The translations under genes and the position numbers were made by a program. A model generated the notes under the pieces. The model did not search any database and was not told where the DNA came from. It worked only from the letters and a program-made list of their open reading frames with translations. This document shows, piece after piece, positions 11,652-23,986 of a stretch of 64,000 nucleotides of DNA (positions within the stretch are counted from its first letter, which is position 1; each line of letters starts with the position of its first letter). This DNA is from Octopus vulgaris (Eukaryota), in NCBI GenBank assembly GCA_951406725.2, contig OX597814.1, positions 69,998,001 to 70,062,000 on the forward strand, given 5' to 3'.

Positions 11652-13214
11652 TATCAGGCAATGTAGACTATAGTCTAGTCAACCAGGTGATACATGGAGG
11701 AGTCATACCAAATGACTGGTGTAGCAGCACCATATTCAAAAGCTACAAAGATAAAGGTGGCACCTTGGATAGAAATAATTATAGAGGTATCAAATTGTTG
11801 GACCAGGTGATGAAAGTCACAGACAAGGTCATAGCCCAAATGATTAGGGAGAAAGTTAGTTTAGATGAGATGCATTTTGGGTTTGTGTCAGGGTGAAGCA
11901 CCACTGATGCTATATTTCTGCTGCAGAAGAAATTCCTAGCCAAAGATAAACCTCTGTACTTCCTTTTTGTTGACATGGAAAAGGCCTTAAACAGGGTCCC
12001 TGATCTCTTATCTGGTGGTCAATGCAGGAACTAGGGATAGATTTAATGTTTGGTGAGAACTGTACAAACCGTGCACAGGAATGCTGTCAGTAAGATAAGC
12101 GTTGGCAATGAGTATATCAAAGAAGTAGGAGTTCATCAAGGATCAGTCCTCAGCCCCCTGTTGTTCATCGTAGTCCTCCAGGCAATAACAGAGGAATTCA
12201 AATCAGGCTGTGTCACTACCAGAACTTGAGAAGTTTTGGGTGTTGAAGCAAGGTCTAGAATCGAAGGGCCTTAGAGTTAACCTAGCAAAAACCAAAGTCT
12301 TAGTAAGTAGGAAGATGGACAGATCACAAATCCCTTCAAGTAGATGGCCCTGCTCAATCTGTAGGAAAGGCGTAGGTAGAAACTCCCTAAGAAGTACCTA
12401 GTGTAAGCTATGGACACATAAAAGGTGCAGCAATATCAAAGGAAGGTTAACTGGGAAGATAGTTTTTGTGTGTGGCAGATGCATAGGTGCAATAAACACC
12501 AAAAATGTACAGAAAACAGATTGCATCACATGCCAAGGGCAAAAACTAGAAGTAGTTGATAACTTCCGTTACCTAGGTGACCAAGTCTGTAGTGGGAGTG
12601 GATGCTCTGAGAGCATAGCTCCTAGAATAGACAAAGTTCAGAGAGTTCCTACCTCTACGAGTAACAAAGGGCCTCTCACTCAGAGTAAAAGGTAGACTGT
12701 ATGATGCTGTGTGCGAACAGCAGTGAAACATGGGCTGTGATGGCTGAGGACATGTGTAGGCTTGAAAGAAATGAAGCTAGTATCGTCCACTGGATGTGTA
12801 GTGTCAGTGTCCATGCACAACAGAGTGTAAGTGCCCTGAAAGAAAAGTTGGACATAAGAAGCATGAGTTGTGGTGTGCCAGAGAGATGACTGCTGAAATG
12901 GTCATGTGATTCATAGGGTTGAGGATAGCTGTGTGAAGAAGTGTCACACCCTAACATTGGAAGGAACCTGTGGAAGAGGTAGACCCAGGACAACATGGGA
13001 TGAGGTGGTAAAGCACAACCTTCAAATGTTGGGCCTCACAGAGGCAGTGACAGGTGACCGAGACCTTCAGGGAAACTCCACAAGCCAAGTGAGATCGTTG
13101 TCGTGGTCAATGCCAGTGTCACATAACTAGCCCATTTAAAAGCACCTTTCAAGTGTTGGACAATGTGGCATGCTTGCAGAGACTTGTTGAACTCAGTGAA
13201 ATCGTAGTTGTGGC

Positions 13215-13595
13215 TGATGCTAGTACCACCTCACTCGCGCCCATGCCGGTGGCACATAAAATGCACAATTCAAGCATGGCCAATGCTGCTGTCGCCTGAC
13301 TTGCACCCATGCCAGTGACATGTAAAAAGCACCGTTTGAGTGTGGCCAATGCCAGTACCCTTTGACTGGTATCTGTGCCTGTGTCACATAAAAAACATTA
13401 TTCGAGTGTGGCCGATGCCAGTGGTGCCTGGCTGGCACCCATGCCAGTGGCACATAAAAAGCAGCTTCCGAGCAATGCAAGTACAGCCTGACTGATACTC
13501 GTGTGGGTGGCACATAAAAAGCACCTTTTGAGAGTGGCTAATGCTAGTACTGCCTGACTGGATCCTGTGCCTGTGGCACATAAGAACACCTACTA
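13215..13595 (+). repeat. About 63-65 bp tandem repeat (about 6 units) in the RTE 3' UTR
   Basis: Recurring GTGGCACATAAAAAGCACC...GAGTGTGGCCAATGCCAGTAC. Confidence 0.85.
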
Positions 13596-13763
13596 CACTC
13601 TCGGAGTCATTGGCTTTAGGAAGAGTATCTAGCTGTAGAAATCTTGCCAAATCAGATTGGAGCCTGGTGCAGCCTCTTGGTTTGCCAGTTCTTAGTCAAA
13701 CTGTCTAACCCTTGCCAGCATGGAAAGCGGACGTTAAGTGATGGTATATATATATATATATTG

Positions 13764-14160
13764 TTATTGAGTGTGTAGTGATGGGGAGGGATATAAGATA
13801 GTACAAGAGAGTGATGAATGGGGAGAAGGTGAGAGAGAGCATGTGTGTGTGTGTGTATGTTTTTGTATCTGAAAGGATGTTAAAGAAAAAGAAGGAAAAG
13901 AAGAAAAGGGACAGAGGGAAAAAGAAAAAATTGTTTTGCTGGTTTCTTTTTTAGTTGGTCAGGATGTTTACTCCAAGGGGTGTCTAAGATCTTGGGGGGA
14001 AAATTTTTACCATTTTATAGTTATTGAGTGTGTAGTGGTAGGGAGGGATATAAGATAGTACAAGAGGGTGATGAATGGGGAGAAAATGAGAGAGAGCATG
14101 TGTGTTTGTGTTTATCTGCGCGTGTGTTTGTGTCTTTGTATCTGAAAGGAGTGTTAAGGA
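13764..14160 (+). repeat. About 130 bp direct duplication (13764-13890 / 14021-14160)
   Basis: TTATTGAGTGTGTAGTG...GGATATAAGATAGTACAAGAG...GAGAGAGCATGTGTG occurs twice. Confidence 0.8.
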
Positions 14161-14983
14161 AGAATGGTCAAGTTGTTAAGAGTAACCAGCCATTGGCTTT
14201 TAGCAATGGTCAAGAGTGCCACTTTTGTTTATATTTTTGCAACTGTAAATGATTTTTGGTTTTCAGAAATTGGTCATTTCAAAAAAGAATTGTCTGGATT
14301 TCTTTTTATTATTGTTTTGTGAAGGTGTGTGTGTGTGTGGGTGCCTGTGAATCTGGAAGGGGTGTCGTTGGAGAGGGGAAGAAAAGGAGGAAGAAGAAAT
14401 AATTGTGTTGATATTTATACCACTATTCAGTTCTTTCAATCCAATGTTTGATTCCTGTGCTTACATGGGGTGGAAAATCTGGATTACAAAAACAGGTTTG
14501 TTTTATTTACATTTTAAAAGTCAATTTGCTTTGGTGATCAACAAGAATGTAGAGTAATATACAGTGTAATATACAATGCTACACTATGTTTGTTAAATTA
14601 TAAATTGAAAGATTTGTCCTTCAATGTATGATGAGCAAAATTCCATAAGGTCCATACTTGAAAAAGAGACTTTCTTGTGTTGAAGTTACAGATGACAGAA
14701 TACAAAGTGACAACCACTGAGTCTGTTGTCTGATCTTCAGTTGATTTAGTCTAATATCTCACTGATTGACAGCTAAATAAATATTAAGTTTTATCATGCA
14801 GAAGTAACTGATTCTACAAATTAAAGTAAAATGGTTTCATTCAAATATTAGAATATCATTTGTTCAATGTTGCATTTTCAAAAACCAAAACATATGTGTA
14901 GAACTGTGTGTGTGTGTGTGTTTAATACAATTTACTTTACAAATTTGGTCCTTCATCTGGTACAGCTTATTATAGAGATATTT

Positions 14984-17310
14984 TCAGCCATTCAATTTGG
15001 GGGAGAACTTAGTTATGAAGTATTTTTCCATATTCCTCCTGAAGGAGGTGTCATTCTTTGGACATTTGTAAAAAGGAAAGATCTTAAATTTTCCTTCTCC
15101 ACATGTATCTAGGTGTTTACTCAGTGGTATCTTGCGCAGTTCCTCCTGTTGGACATGTTGGTGAATTCTGGCTTGTTGGCATAAAGAATTTCTAGTTTCA
15201 CCTATGTAATCCTCCTTGCATGTGGAGCAGTTATGCAGTATATTACGTTCTGCGTCTCACAGTTCCTATCTGCATTTATTTTGAATATGTGACCACATTT
15301 AAATTTCATTTCTTTGTCTCCCTCTATATATTTGTAGGTGGGGTTACTGCAGATCCCACATCTACCATCTCCGCACTCTTTTACAAAGAATTCAGTTTTA
15401 GTTTCTGATGAGAATTTTGCTTTTGTTAGTTGTTTCTTCAGGTTTTTGTCTTGTCGTCTACTGTTTTTTATGCAATATTTGTTTAGTATGTTTTCCATTT
15501 TGGGGCTTTGTAAGACTATTGGTAGGTTTGAATGTATGATTTGAAACATGTTGGTAACTCCAGGGTTGTGTGTGTTTATGAAAGGGATAATGTTTTCTTT
15601 GTTTTTTGTTTTGGGGGTCCTGAGTTGTGTGATGTCTAGTTTCATTGCTCTTGAGATTCCATTTTTTATTAATTTGAGTGGGTATTTTTGTTCTAGTAGT
15701 TTTTAAGTTCATCTAGTCTTATTAGGCATGTTTGTGAGTCAGTTACTATGCTGCATATGCATCTTGCCATACTATATGGGCTGTTTCTTTTTATGTGGGA
15801 TGGATGGCAGGAGTAGAAATTTAAATATTAGTGTGTATCGGGTTTTTTTGTAGTGGATGTCTGTTGTGATGATGGAGTTGTTTATCTTGATGTTGATGTC
15901 TAGGAAGGGAAGTTCGTTGTGGCTGGTATCTATTGTGAAGTTGATTGATGGGTGCAGTGTGTTGAGGATGTTGTGAAATGTTCGTAGGTCTTCTTCTGAT
16001 CTGTTCCAAAAGATGAAGCAGTCATCGAGGTAGTGTTTCCACTTTTTCTTGATGTCTTCTCTGAAGTCGTGTTCGAAGACTTTCTCTATTTCATCGTATA
16101 ATTTGTTCTCAAGGAAACCCATCATCAAGTTGGCATATGAAGGTGCGAATTTTGTACCCATAATTGTGCCCTTTATCTGTCAGTATGTCTTGTTGAATGA
16201 GACTGTATTTTCTTCAAGTATTAATTGGGTGGCTTGGGTGATAAAGTCTGTCTTGAAACGTTTTTCTATGAATTCCCTGTATTGTTTTATTGTACCGATT
16301 GTTTTATTGCTTCCAGACCTAGGGTGTGTGGTATGTTCGTGTCTAGGTTTGTGACATCGAAGCTTGCAAGTATGGTGTTTTTCGAAACTGTATTTGGAAT
16401 GTGTGTGAGGAAGTCTATGTCATCCCTTATGTAGATTGGTATCTGTGGGCATAAAGGTTTGAGGAGTACATCTATGAAGTGGCTTAGTTGTGGTGTTGGT
16501 GCCTGGGGTCCTACCACTATTGGTCTCATTGTGAGGTCAGCAGGCCTTTGTATTCTTATATAGTGGTTCCTCTGTTCCTTTATGGCTCTCTGTATTTCAG
16601 AGCTTTTATGAGTTTTGTGAATTTTAGGTAATCCATAAAAGTTGCTATCTTTGGTTCTTGTGTTGCATAGATAGTCTTTCTCCTTATCTGTAAAGGAGTC
16701 CTGGTATTCATTGACTAATGTTCTAATTTTTTTTATTGTTGCTTTCTCCAGTGGTGTTGGTTCCTCTTTATAGTATGTCTGGTTGTTAAGCAACTCCAGT
16801 ATCTTTTCTTTGTAGTAATCTGTATCCATAGTAATCTGTATCTGTGTATTCGTCTAGGTGTTTGTCACTTCCCTTGTAAGGGGTGAAATGGGACTTTTTT
16901 CTTATGATTCAGTTATCTTCTGTTTCATTATTTTCAAAGAATTCCATAAGGTGGAGGTGGCGGCTGAAGTTGTCTATATCAGTTATTAGTTCTATGAGAT
17001 TTGGTGTGGGTGTAAATTTCAGGTCTTTTAGTAGTAGGTTCATTTCATTTTCATTAAGTTCTCTTTTAGATAGGTTTATTATTTTGGGGTCTATGTGCTT
17101 TGTGTGTTCATTCGGAATTTTTGGTGTATTGGGTCTGGAGTATGGCTGAAGTATCCTTTCCCTAAAAAAGGGGTTGTGCTGTTGCATCTCCAAATTCCCT
17201 TTTCATTTCTTAGGTTTTCTTGTAGCAGTAGGGGTGGTCTGTATGTGTTGTTTTGTCTTTGGTAGTTGTTTTCTTCCCATCTTCTGTGTTTGTTGAGCCA
17301 ATTTCTATTA
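14984..17310 (-). mobile_element. Penelope-like element relic (RT plus GIY-YIG endonuclease), frameshifted
   Basis: FYGLPKIHK, MRPIV, SFDVTNL, MGTKFAPSYANL, YLDDCF, LPFLD and CETQNVIYCIT in consecutive minus-strand ORFs. Confidence 0.92.
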
Positions 17311-17575
17311 CTGCATGTATATATATGTTTATGTACAAAAAATCAGTGACAAGCAGTGTCTTCTTGAAAATTTTAGTTATGGCTGTGCTGTTTTAGGTAC
17401 AACATGTTCTTTGTCTATCTCCTTAACTTCTTGGAGATTTTAGGTATAATTATACTAATGTATCCATCTGTTCTAATTTAATTAAATTGATGTAATGATT
17501 GCATTTTTCAATTAAATGGAGTTGCATGAAACAATCGTACTGCATTACCTCTGGATATCCTTGTTGCTTATTTTG

Positions 17576-17624
<49 letters not shown>

Positions 17625-17724
17625 TGTCAATAATAAAAGGGTAAAACTAATTAATTATTAATTAATTTTACCAAGTAGTGTTCAGTATGTAAAACGACCA
17701 TTTACGGTATATTTGAAACATTAC

Positions 17725-18268
17725 ATTATAAAAATAGGGTTCAGTAAAATAATGTACTTTACCACATACCGAACTTTTTAGAAATAGCAGCCAAAAATCT
17801 TAGCTATTTCTTCTACTTTCAGAAAAATCTCCCTGACAATGCATACTCAAAAATAACTCACACAGGTATAGAGGGAAAAATAACGAAAGATCACACCTAT
17901 ATAAGATTACCTGAGAACAGGCCCGTTTCTGGATTAGTTGAATATAAAAATCAACATTTCCTTCGTCAGCTCAAAGATTTCTTTTGATTTGGATTTGAAA
18001 GTCCTAAAAATTAAACATACCCGTCTGTTATGAGTAATCCCAGACAAACCATATTAGACTGCCAGTACCAACGAATTCAAAAATACAAATTCGTCCCCTT
18101 CTCAGGTAATCTTATATAGGTGTGATCTTTCGTTATTTTTCCCTCTATACCTGTATGAGTTATTTTTGAGTATGCATTGTCTGGGAGATTTTTCTTAAAG
18201 TAGAAGAAATAGCTAAGATTTTTGGCTGCTATTTCTAAAAAGTTCGGTATGAACCCTATTTTTATAAT
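17725..18268. repeat. Fold-back element between (TA)n tracts (arms 17725-17917 / 18099-18268)
   Basis: Near-perfect reverse complement with one ~23 bp indel; no convincing ribozyme core. Confidence 0.88.
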
Positions 18269-18289
18269 ATATATATGTATATATATCAT

Positions 18290-18450
18290 AGGCAACTTTC
18301 AATTTCTGCCTACCAAATCCATTCACAAGGCTTTGGTTGGCCCAGGACTATAGTAGAAGACACTTGCCCAAGGTGCCATGTTGTGGGACTTAACCCAGGA
18401 CCATGTGGTTGGTAAGCAGGCTATTTACCACACAGCTGCTCCTGCACCTA
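18290..18450 (-). mobile_element. SINE family A, 5' part
   Basis: Matches 10418-10579. Confidence 0.8.
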
Positions 18451-19898
18451 AAACATAAGAATCCGTAAAAATTTTTTCAAAACGATGCCTTTTTCAAAGA
18501 ATGGTGCAATTCTGCATTAGCCCTGAAAAATTACATTAGTATTAGATGGATGTGTCTTTATTTCATCTAAGATATATTTTTTTTATTGTGGATAGCAAGA
18601 AAAAACATCACTCTTAGTAGTTAAACATTCATTCAAGGTCCTTAACTACTTCAAAAGGTGTGAGAAGAGGGTGATTTGGCTGGTATTTCTAGCATGTAAA
18701 ACATATAGAGGTGATGCATCAGTCTAAAATATAAGACCCAGAGACCTAGATGAAATACTACGAAGCAGTTACTAATAGAACATGCATTTAATATTAAAAG
18801 ACAATGATGAATTAATAGGTTATATTAACTGAAAAACTAACACACAACTAAACATAAGCTTTAATAAAGAATCACAAAACAAATCAAATTGTATGAATAG
18901 ATCATAAGATTGGATCTGCAAAGTAAAAATTTCAAGTAGCAGTGACGGTAATTTTTGTTTTGGGGCATGTGCTCCGGTCTGGAAAATGCTATAATCAGTT
19001 AATGTGTATCAGTGGGTATGCATAACAGGACATACAGAGAAACAGCTTTTCTTTCAAATATATTACTAATGATCCAACTTAAAATTATTATAGACAGCAG
19101 TGTGTAATGTGTTACCAAAAAAGGGAACTATAATTCTCACTAAATATGATTAAGGTGTTAGAAACACCTACATTGCTAGAAATAAGAGCTAAAATGCTCT
19201 AATGCTTTAGTCAAATCACATAATTTTATATATATATAAGCAAAGTGGTGCATTTTAATAAAGTTTACGTTGCAATGCAAGGGAGAAATAAAACAGCATA
19301 AAATATTGTGTTGCCAATAAATAACAAAGATGTGAAAATGTTTAAAAATTCCATTTTTAACATCTGGTTTTACTTGTATAAGTTTTTATTAAGATTCTCT
19401 ATTTTGCTCACACATCGCAATGCTTCAAACAACTTTTCAAACACTTGTCTGTGTGTGTGTGTGTGGTGCAGTGCAGTGCGATTCGGTGTATGTATATATT
19501 TCATGTTTATTGTAAACAAATGCCATACAAGCTGTACTGTTCATTTACAAATTTCTATGAAACTTATCTTATGACTGCTGTTTTTGCTTGAAAGATGTGA
19601 GAAAATATTACCATACTTGGAAATATGTGTGCATTGTTGACTGAAAAGCATGCATTTGTAGAAAGTCCTCAAATAATTTCATCTAATTCATATTGGCATA
19701 GAAAAATGGACTTTAAGAGAGAGTGGTGATGGCAGCAGTTGCAGCAGTGGTGATGGCTGCTGCTATTGTTATTGTTGACAGAAAGATAGAGAATCATCTG
19801 AAAATATTTATTTATCATTCAATAGATATTTTATAGTTATAATTGATTTACAAAACTGCTCCAATTTTTATTATGACTATTTGTTCTTTTCATTTTAG

Positions 19899-19998
19899 GA
19901 TTTGATTTGAACATTGAAAGGATCTTTAAGTCCCTCTGCAATAACAGAACCCTCAAACACCTTTCAGTTGGTCGTAACTTTTCTGGAGTTAAAGCAAA
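19899..19998 (+). CDS. CARMIL: CARMIL/LRRC16 exon (FDLNIERIFKSLCNNRTLKHLSVGRNFSGVKA)
   Basis: TTTTAG acceptor, GTGAGT donor; LRR unit resembling CARMIL SLKHLxLGKNF; phase fits the next exon. Confidence 0.85.
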
Positions 19999-20162
19999 GT
20001 GAGTAAAATCCTTTGTGCTAATTTTTGTTTCCTTGAACTATATACATTGTTATTATTAACATCTTACAACAGTGGTATTATCACTTGGTATTTTGTTATC
20101 TACTTTAAACACCATTTGTATTACTTTCTCCATGATTTTTATCTCAATATTTTAGTTGCTTT

Positions 20163-20378
20163 AAGGTAGTGAGCTGGCAGAAACATTAGCATGCCATGCG
20201 AAATGCTTACTGGTATTTCATCTGTCTTTACATTCTGAGTTCAAATTCTGCCGAGCTCAACTTTGCCTTTCATCTTTTCAGGGTCAATAAATTAAGTACC
20301 TGGTGTGTACTGGAGTCAATCTAATCAACTGGCCCCTTCCCAAAAATTCCGGGCCTTGTGCCTAGAGTAGAAAAGAAT
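20163..20378 (+). mobile_element. SINE family B variant
   Basis: GAGCTGGCAGAA...GAGTTCAAATT...GCCTTTCATC. Confidence 0.8.
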
Positions 20379-20565
20379 ATTTTAGTTGCTTTAATTCTTA
20401 ACTACTATCCCAAAATCATGGTTATTTTAATAGTGCGAATCTCATATTATCATAACTTTCACCATAATCATTTGTACCAATATTTTATATGCCACTTGCT
20501 CAGTGGCACTCTCTAGTGATGCTGAGCAGCAACCAATCCAGGTACAGATGTAACTATACCAACCA

Positions 20566-20802
20566 CAATAGGGCGGCGAGCTGGCAGAAACGTTAGCACG
20601 TTGGGCGAAATGCTTTGTGGTATTTCGTCTGTCGCTACGTTCTGAGTTCAAATTCCGCTGAGGTCGACTTTGCCTTTCATCCTTTCAGGGTCGATAAATA
20701 AAGTACTAGTTTCGCACTGGGGTCGATATAATTGATTTAATCCGTTTGTCTGTCCTTGTTTGTCCCCTCTATGTTTAGCCCCTTGTGGGCAATAAAGAAA
20801 TA
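20566..20802 (+). mobile_element. SINE family B, full length
   Basis: Exact 11 bp TSD TATACCAACCA; B-box GAGTTCAAATTCC; Deu/Nin-like core GCCTTTCATCCTTTCAGGGTCGATAAATAAAGTAC. Confidence 0.9.
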
Positions 20803-21986
20803 TATACCAACCATGTAGCAATTATTTTATTTTACTCTTTGCTGAGCATTTGTTTTTTGTTCTTAACTTTCATTTACATGCTTCTGTTATACGTATGATG
20901 AAGTATTTTAAGCTTCCTTTTCCACTTCAGTGATCACTGCTCTGCTTTCCTTTTTAAGTCAAATGCCAGCCAAGAAAGACAGTGTGGATCTAGCTGCAAA
21001 CTCACAACATCTAAATGTATGGAAGTACATACACTGCCATTCACGTCTCACATGATAGCCTAAGTCCTAAACACTTTAGGCTCTATCTATCATGTGCATT
21101 TCCAAAACAGTTTCAACTCAACAATCAAACTATTTTTGCCATAAGTTGAGGTCGTAATTTTCTTATTGCAATCTGGTTTGGGAACAAGTTCTTCCTTCAA
21201 ATCTGCACCTTCCACGTCATTGAAAAATGTGGGTCTTGACTTTCCTTTGTTTTACTCCTGCAATGTTCATTCACACCTTCTGTGTAAAAAGCAACAAGGG
21301 TGTTGATCCCTATGGGATTGATGCTGCTATATTAGCAAAGTTACTGAAAAGTTTTATACCACTCTGCAAGAAAAGACTTGTATGCTCCCAGAACACGCTC
21401 TAAGTATGTTTAACCTTCCTGCATAGATAGAAGCACATCATAGCAGCATTAGCAATATGATAGTTTCTTATGCTCCTCTGTATCCTATGCTGTCACGATA
21501 TTTTATCTGCCTTTGTTATTCTACGTCTAATGTTAGGTAGAACATTCTGGGTCTAGTTATATCCCACTTTTATTAGAAGTAACATACACTGATTGTTCTA
21601 TATTATTAATTTGTTTCATATTTCTCCCAGTTCATCCATTAATCTGCTCTACTTCTTTTACTTCCGGAGTTGTCTCTACCACTTTAATAGCTTTTTATGT
21701 TCCATTTCCTTGTTGCCAACACTAGTTCCTGGACCCCTACAGCAACAGGACCTCCTGAATTTTATAGCATCATGTAGCAGCACACTTTTCCTTTGCAACT
21801 TTAAACTAAATTTTCTAAAAATAGCAGATTGTATTAGCAAGAAGTCTGAAATGAAAATTTTGATGATAAAGTAAAATATGTACTGAGCCATCTATGAAAT
21901 TTAGTATAAATACATTGTTGAGTAGCATGTTTACTCGTCCACATATGGGAGTGAGACAAAAATTATCCCAGCAGTGACTGATGAAA

Positions 21987-22693
21987 ATGCCAGATGCATT
22001 TCAACCTTATTGGGCCTGTTCAATGGCATATACCCACAGCTAACCACATGCTTAGATATTTGTCACTTCTGACATATAGGAAACAGTGAATAAAGATACA
22101 CTGGTATTGCAACTAGCTGCCTGACTAAATAAAAATTCTTTATATGCAATAGAAGCATTATTAATTAAAATAGACATCTATGTATCATACTTAAATACAT
22201 CTTTAAAAGGCAAATTTATTGTGATATTCATCTGGAGATAACATCCGTTATGGACAAGATATGTTTAAAAATACAATATATAACAGAAGGAAACAAAACG
22301 CAGTTAGCAAGAACCCCAAATGCATTTCAGCCGCAAGGATTTAGTCAGTGATATATTGACAGCCAGCCTCATGCTGAGATGAGATTTGTAATCTTTGATA
22401 AATAGGAAAACAGTGAAAAGTATTCACTAGTATTCTGAAAAGGCACCCAGTGGAATAAAATTATGTTACATACAATAGTAGAAACTATAGTTTTATTCAC
22501 CAATACCAGTGAATGTTTTCAGTTTTCCTATATACTGGAAGCAATAAATCTCATCTAAGCATGTGGCTGGCTGTGAGTACACACCATTAACCCAACAAGG
22601 CTGGAATGCATCTGGCATTCCAGCTATGCTCTGTTGAGACTATTCTCATCTCCCTCCACTATATATTGTGTTTTTAAACATAGGATATCCATA
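21987..22693. repeat. Old fold-back element (arms about 22248-22434 / 22502-22693) plus an upstream partial copy, with decayed hammerhead motifs
   Basis: Diverged inverted arms; 21987-22029 minus reads atgcca-ttgaaca-ggcccaataaggtt-GAAA-tgcaTC-tggcat. Confidence 0.65.
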
Positions 22694-22914
22694 AAAGATG
22701 AAAATTTTAAAGTAGTAGGTATCTCAAATTACATAAAAAAAATTATTAACTTTAATCCTGAAAAGTAGCATAATCCACTACTTGTATCATAATCTGACAA
22801 CTTATTGAAGTCTTATAGTTATGCTTATTCTTAATACGAACATTATTTTTACATTTCTTTTTGCTTATTATTTTTTCATTTTACTTTAAAATAAATCTTT
22901 ATCGATTTCATTAG

Positions 22915-22969
22915 ATATTTGCCTCGTGTTTTGGATAGTTTGGTTCAACTTCTTCATGATGAAAACTGT
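22915..22969 (+). CDS. CARMIL: CARMIL exon (YLPRVLDSLVQLLHDENC)
   Basis: ATTAG acceptor, GTAAGT donor; resembles CARMIL LVQLIQEEDC; phases 2/0. Confidence 0.85.
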
Positions 22970-23254
22970 GTAAGTAATATTTCTTTTTTCTCACCGTACT
23001 GTTCTTCCTAAATATATTTATTTGATAGATGGATTAAGCAAGAGGAGAACTACTCATAAATTTTGCTAGAATTTGTGCAGTTTTTTTTGTGGAAGGTAAG
23101 AGAAAAACCTGTCTAAAAATGAAGTTCTCAGATATATATCTATGGAGAACACATGGGGCAAAGTACAATATTCAAGGCTGAGAATGTGATACAAAATGGG
23201 TTACAAAACATGTGCATTGGGTTAAGTTTATATTTTATTATATAACATTTTGTG

Positions 23255-23450
23255 AAGGCAGCAAACTGGCAGAATCATTATTGCACTGGACAAAATGCTT
23301 AGTAGCAGATTTTCTGGCTTTATGTTCTGAGTTCAAATGCCACTGAAGTCAACTTTGCCTTTTATATTTTGGGGTTGATAAAATGAGTACTGGTGTTAAA
23401 CAACTAACCCCTTCCCCAAAATTTCAGGTCTTATGCGTGTAGAAGGGATT
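23255..23450 (+). mobile_element. SINE family B variant, decayed
   Basis: Similar to 20163-20378. Confidence 0.7.
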
Positions 23451-23986
23451 ATAAAACATTTTGCGAGCAATAACATTGTTGGTTACTAGGCGTAACATGA
23501 TAAATTCTATTGTCTCGACCACGGTCAAACAATGATGATGATGAAAGGGCATTCACCAGTTCACTCTATTTACAATATGAGTGTCTACAACTCAGGCAAA
23601 ACAAATACTACGGATAATTTTAATTTGAAAACACTAGTTTCTTGGAGGATTTTGACTGGCAACTGGTGGTGCTGTCACCTATGGTTGCTTTCAGAGTTTC
23701 TTGGTTATGATGATTTACATCCGTGAAAGATATTAAGAAAGCCTGCACAGTTTCCATATATCAAATTCCACTCACATGGCATTGCACAACCTATAGTAGA
23801 TTTCTGTTTAATGCATTGCACAGAAGGACCAAACTTTGAACCACATGATTTTTTAAGCAAAATTTTTAAGCATGGAGCCTTGCATGTACCCTTGTTGATA
23901 TACATTATTGCATAAGTAATGAAATACTGTCAATTTTAGAGATGAGTATTCAGTTGTTTCATCATCTACACTGCCTACTCATTGTA

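Larger units (their letters stand above)
10605..13745 (+). mobile_element. Decayed RTE-clade LINE with tandem-repeat 3' UTR
   Basis: Fragments NYRGIKLLDQVMK, FGFVSG, LRVNLAKTKV, FRYLG, SETWA and GRGRPRTTW; many stops and frameshifts. Confidence 0.88.

Noticed and set aside
13215-13595. CRISPR-like periodic repeat (also 34280-34535 and 49215-49390)
   Set aside because: The apparent spacers are homologous to each other, there are no cas genes, and the array lies in a eukaryotic LINE 3' UTR
14400-14980. Candidate upstream CARMIL exon
   Set aside because: No LRR-like frame bounded by AG/GT with the required phase was found
17766-17830. Hammerhead in the 17725-18268 fold-back
   Set aside because: A hairpin is present but CUGANGA and GAAA boxes cannot be assigned
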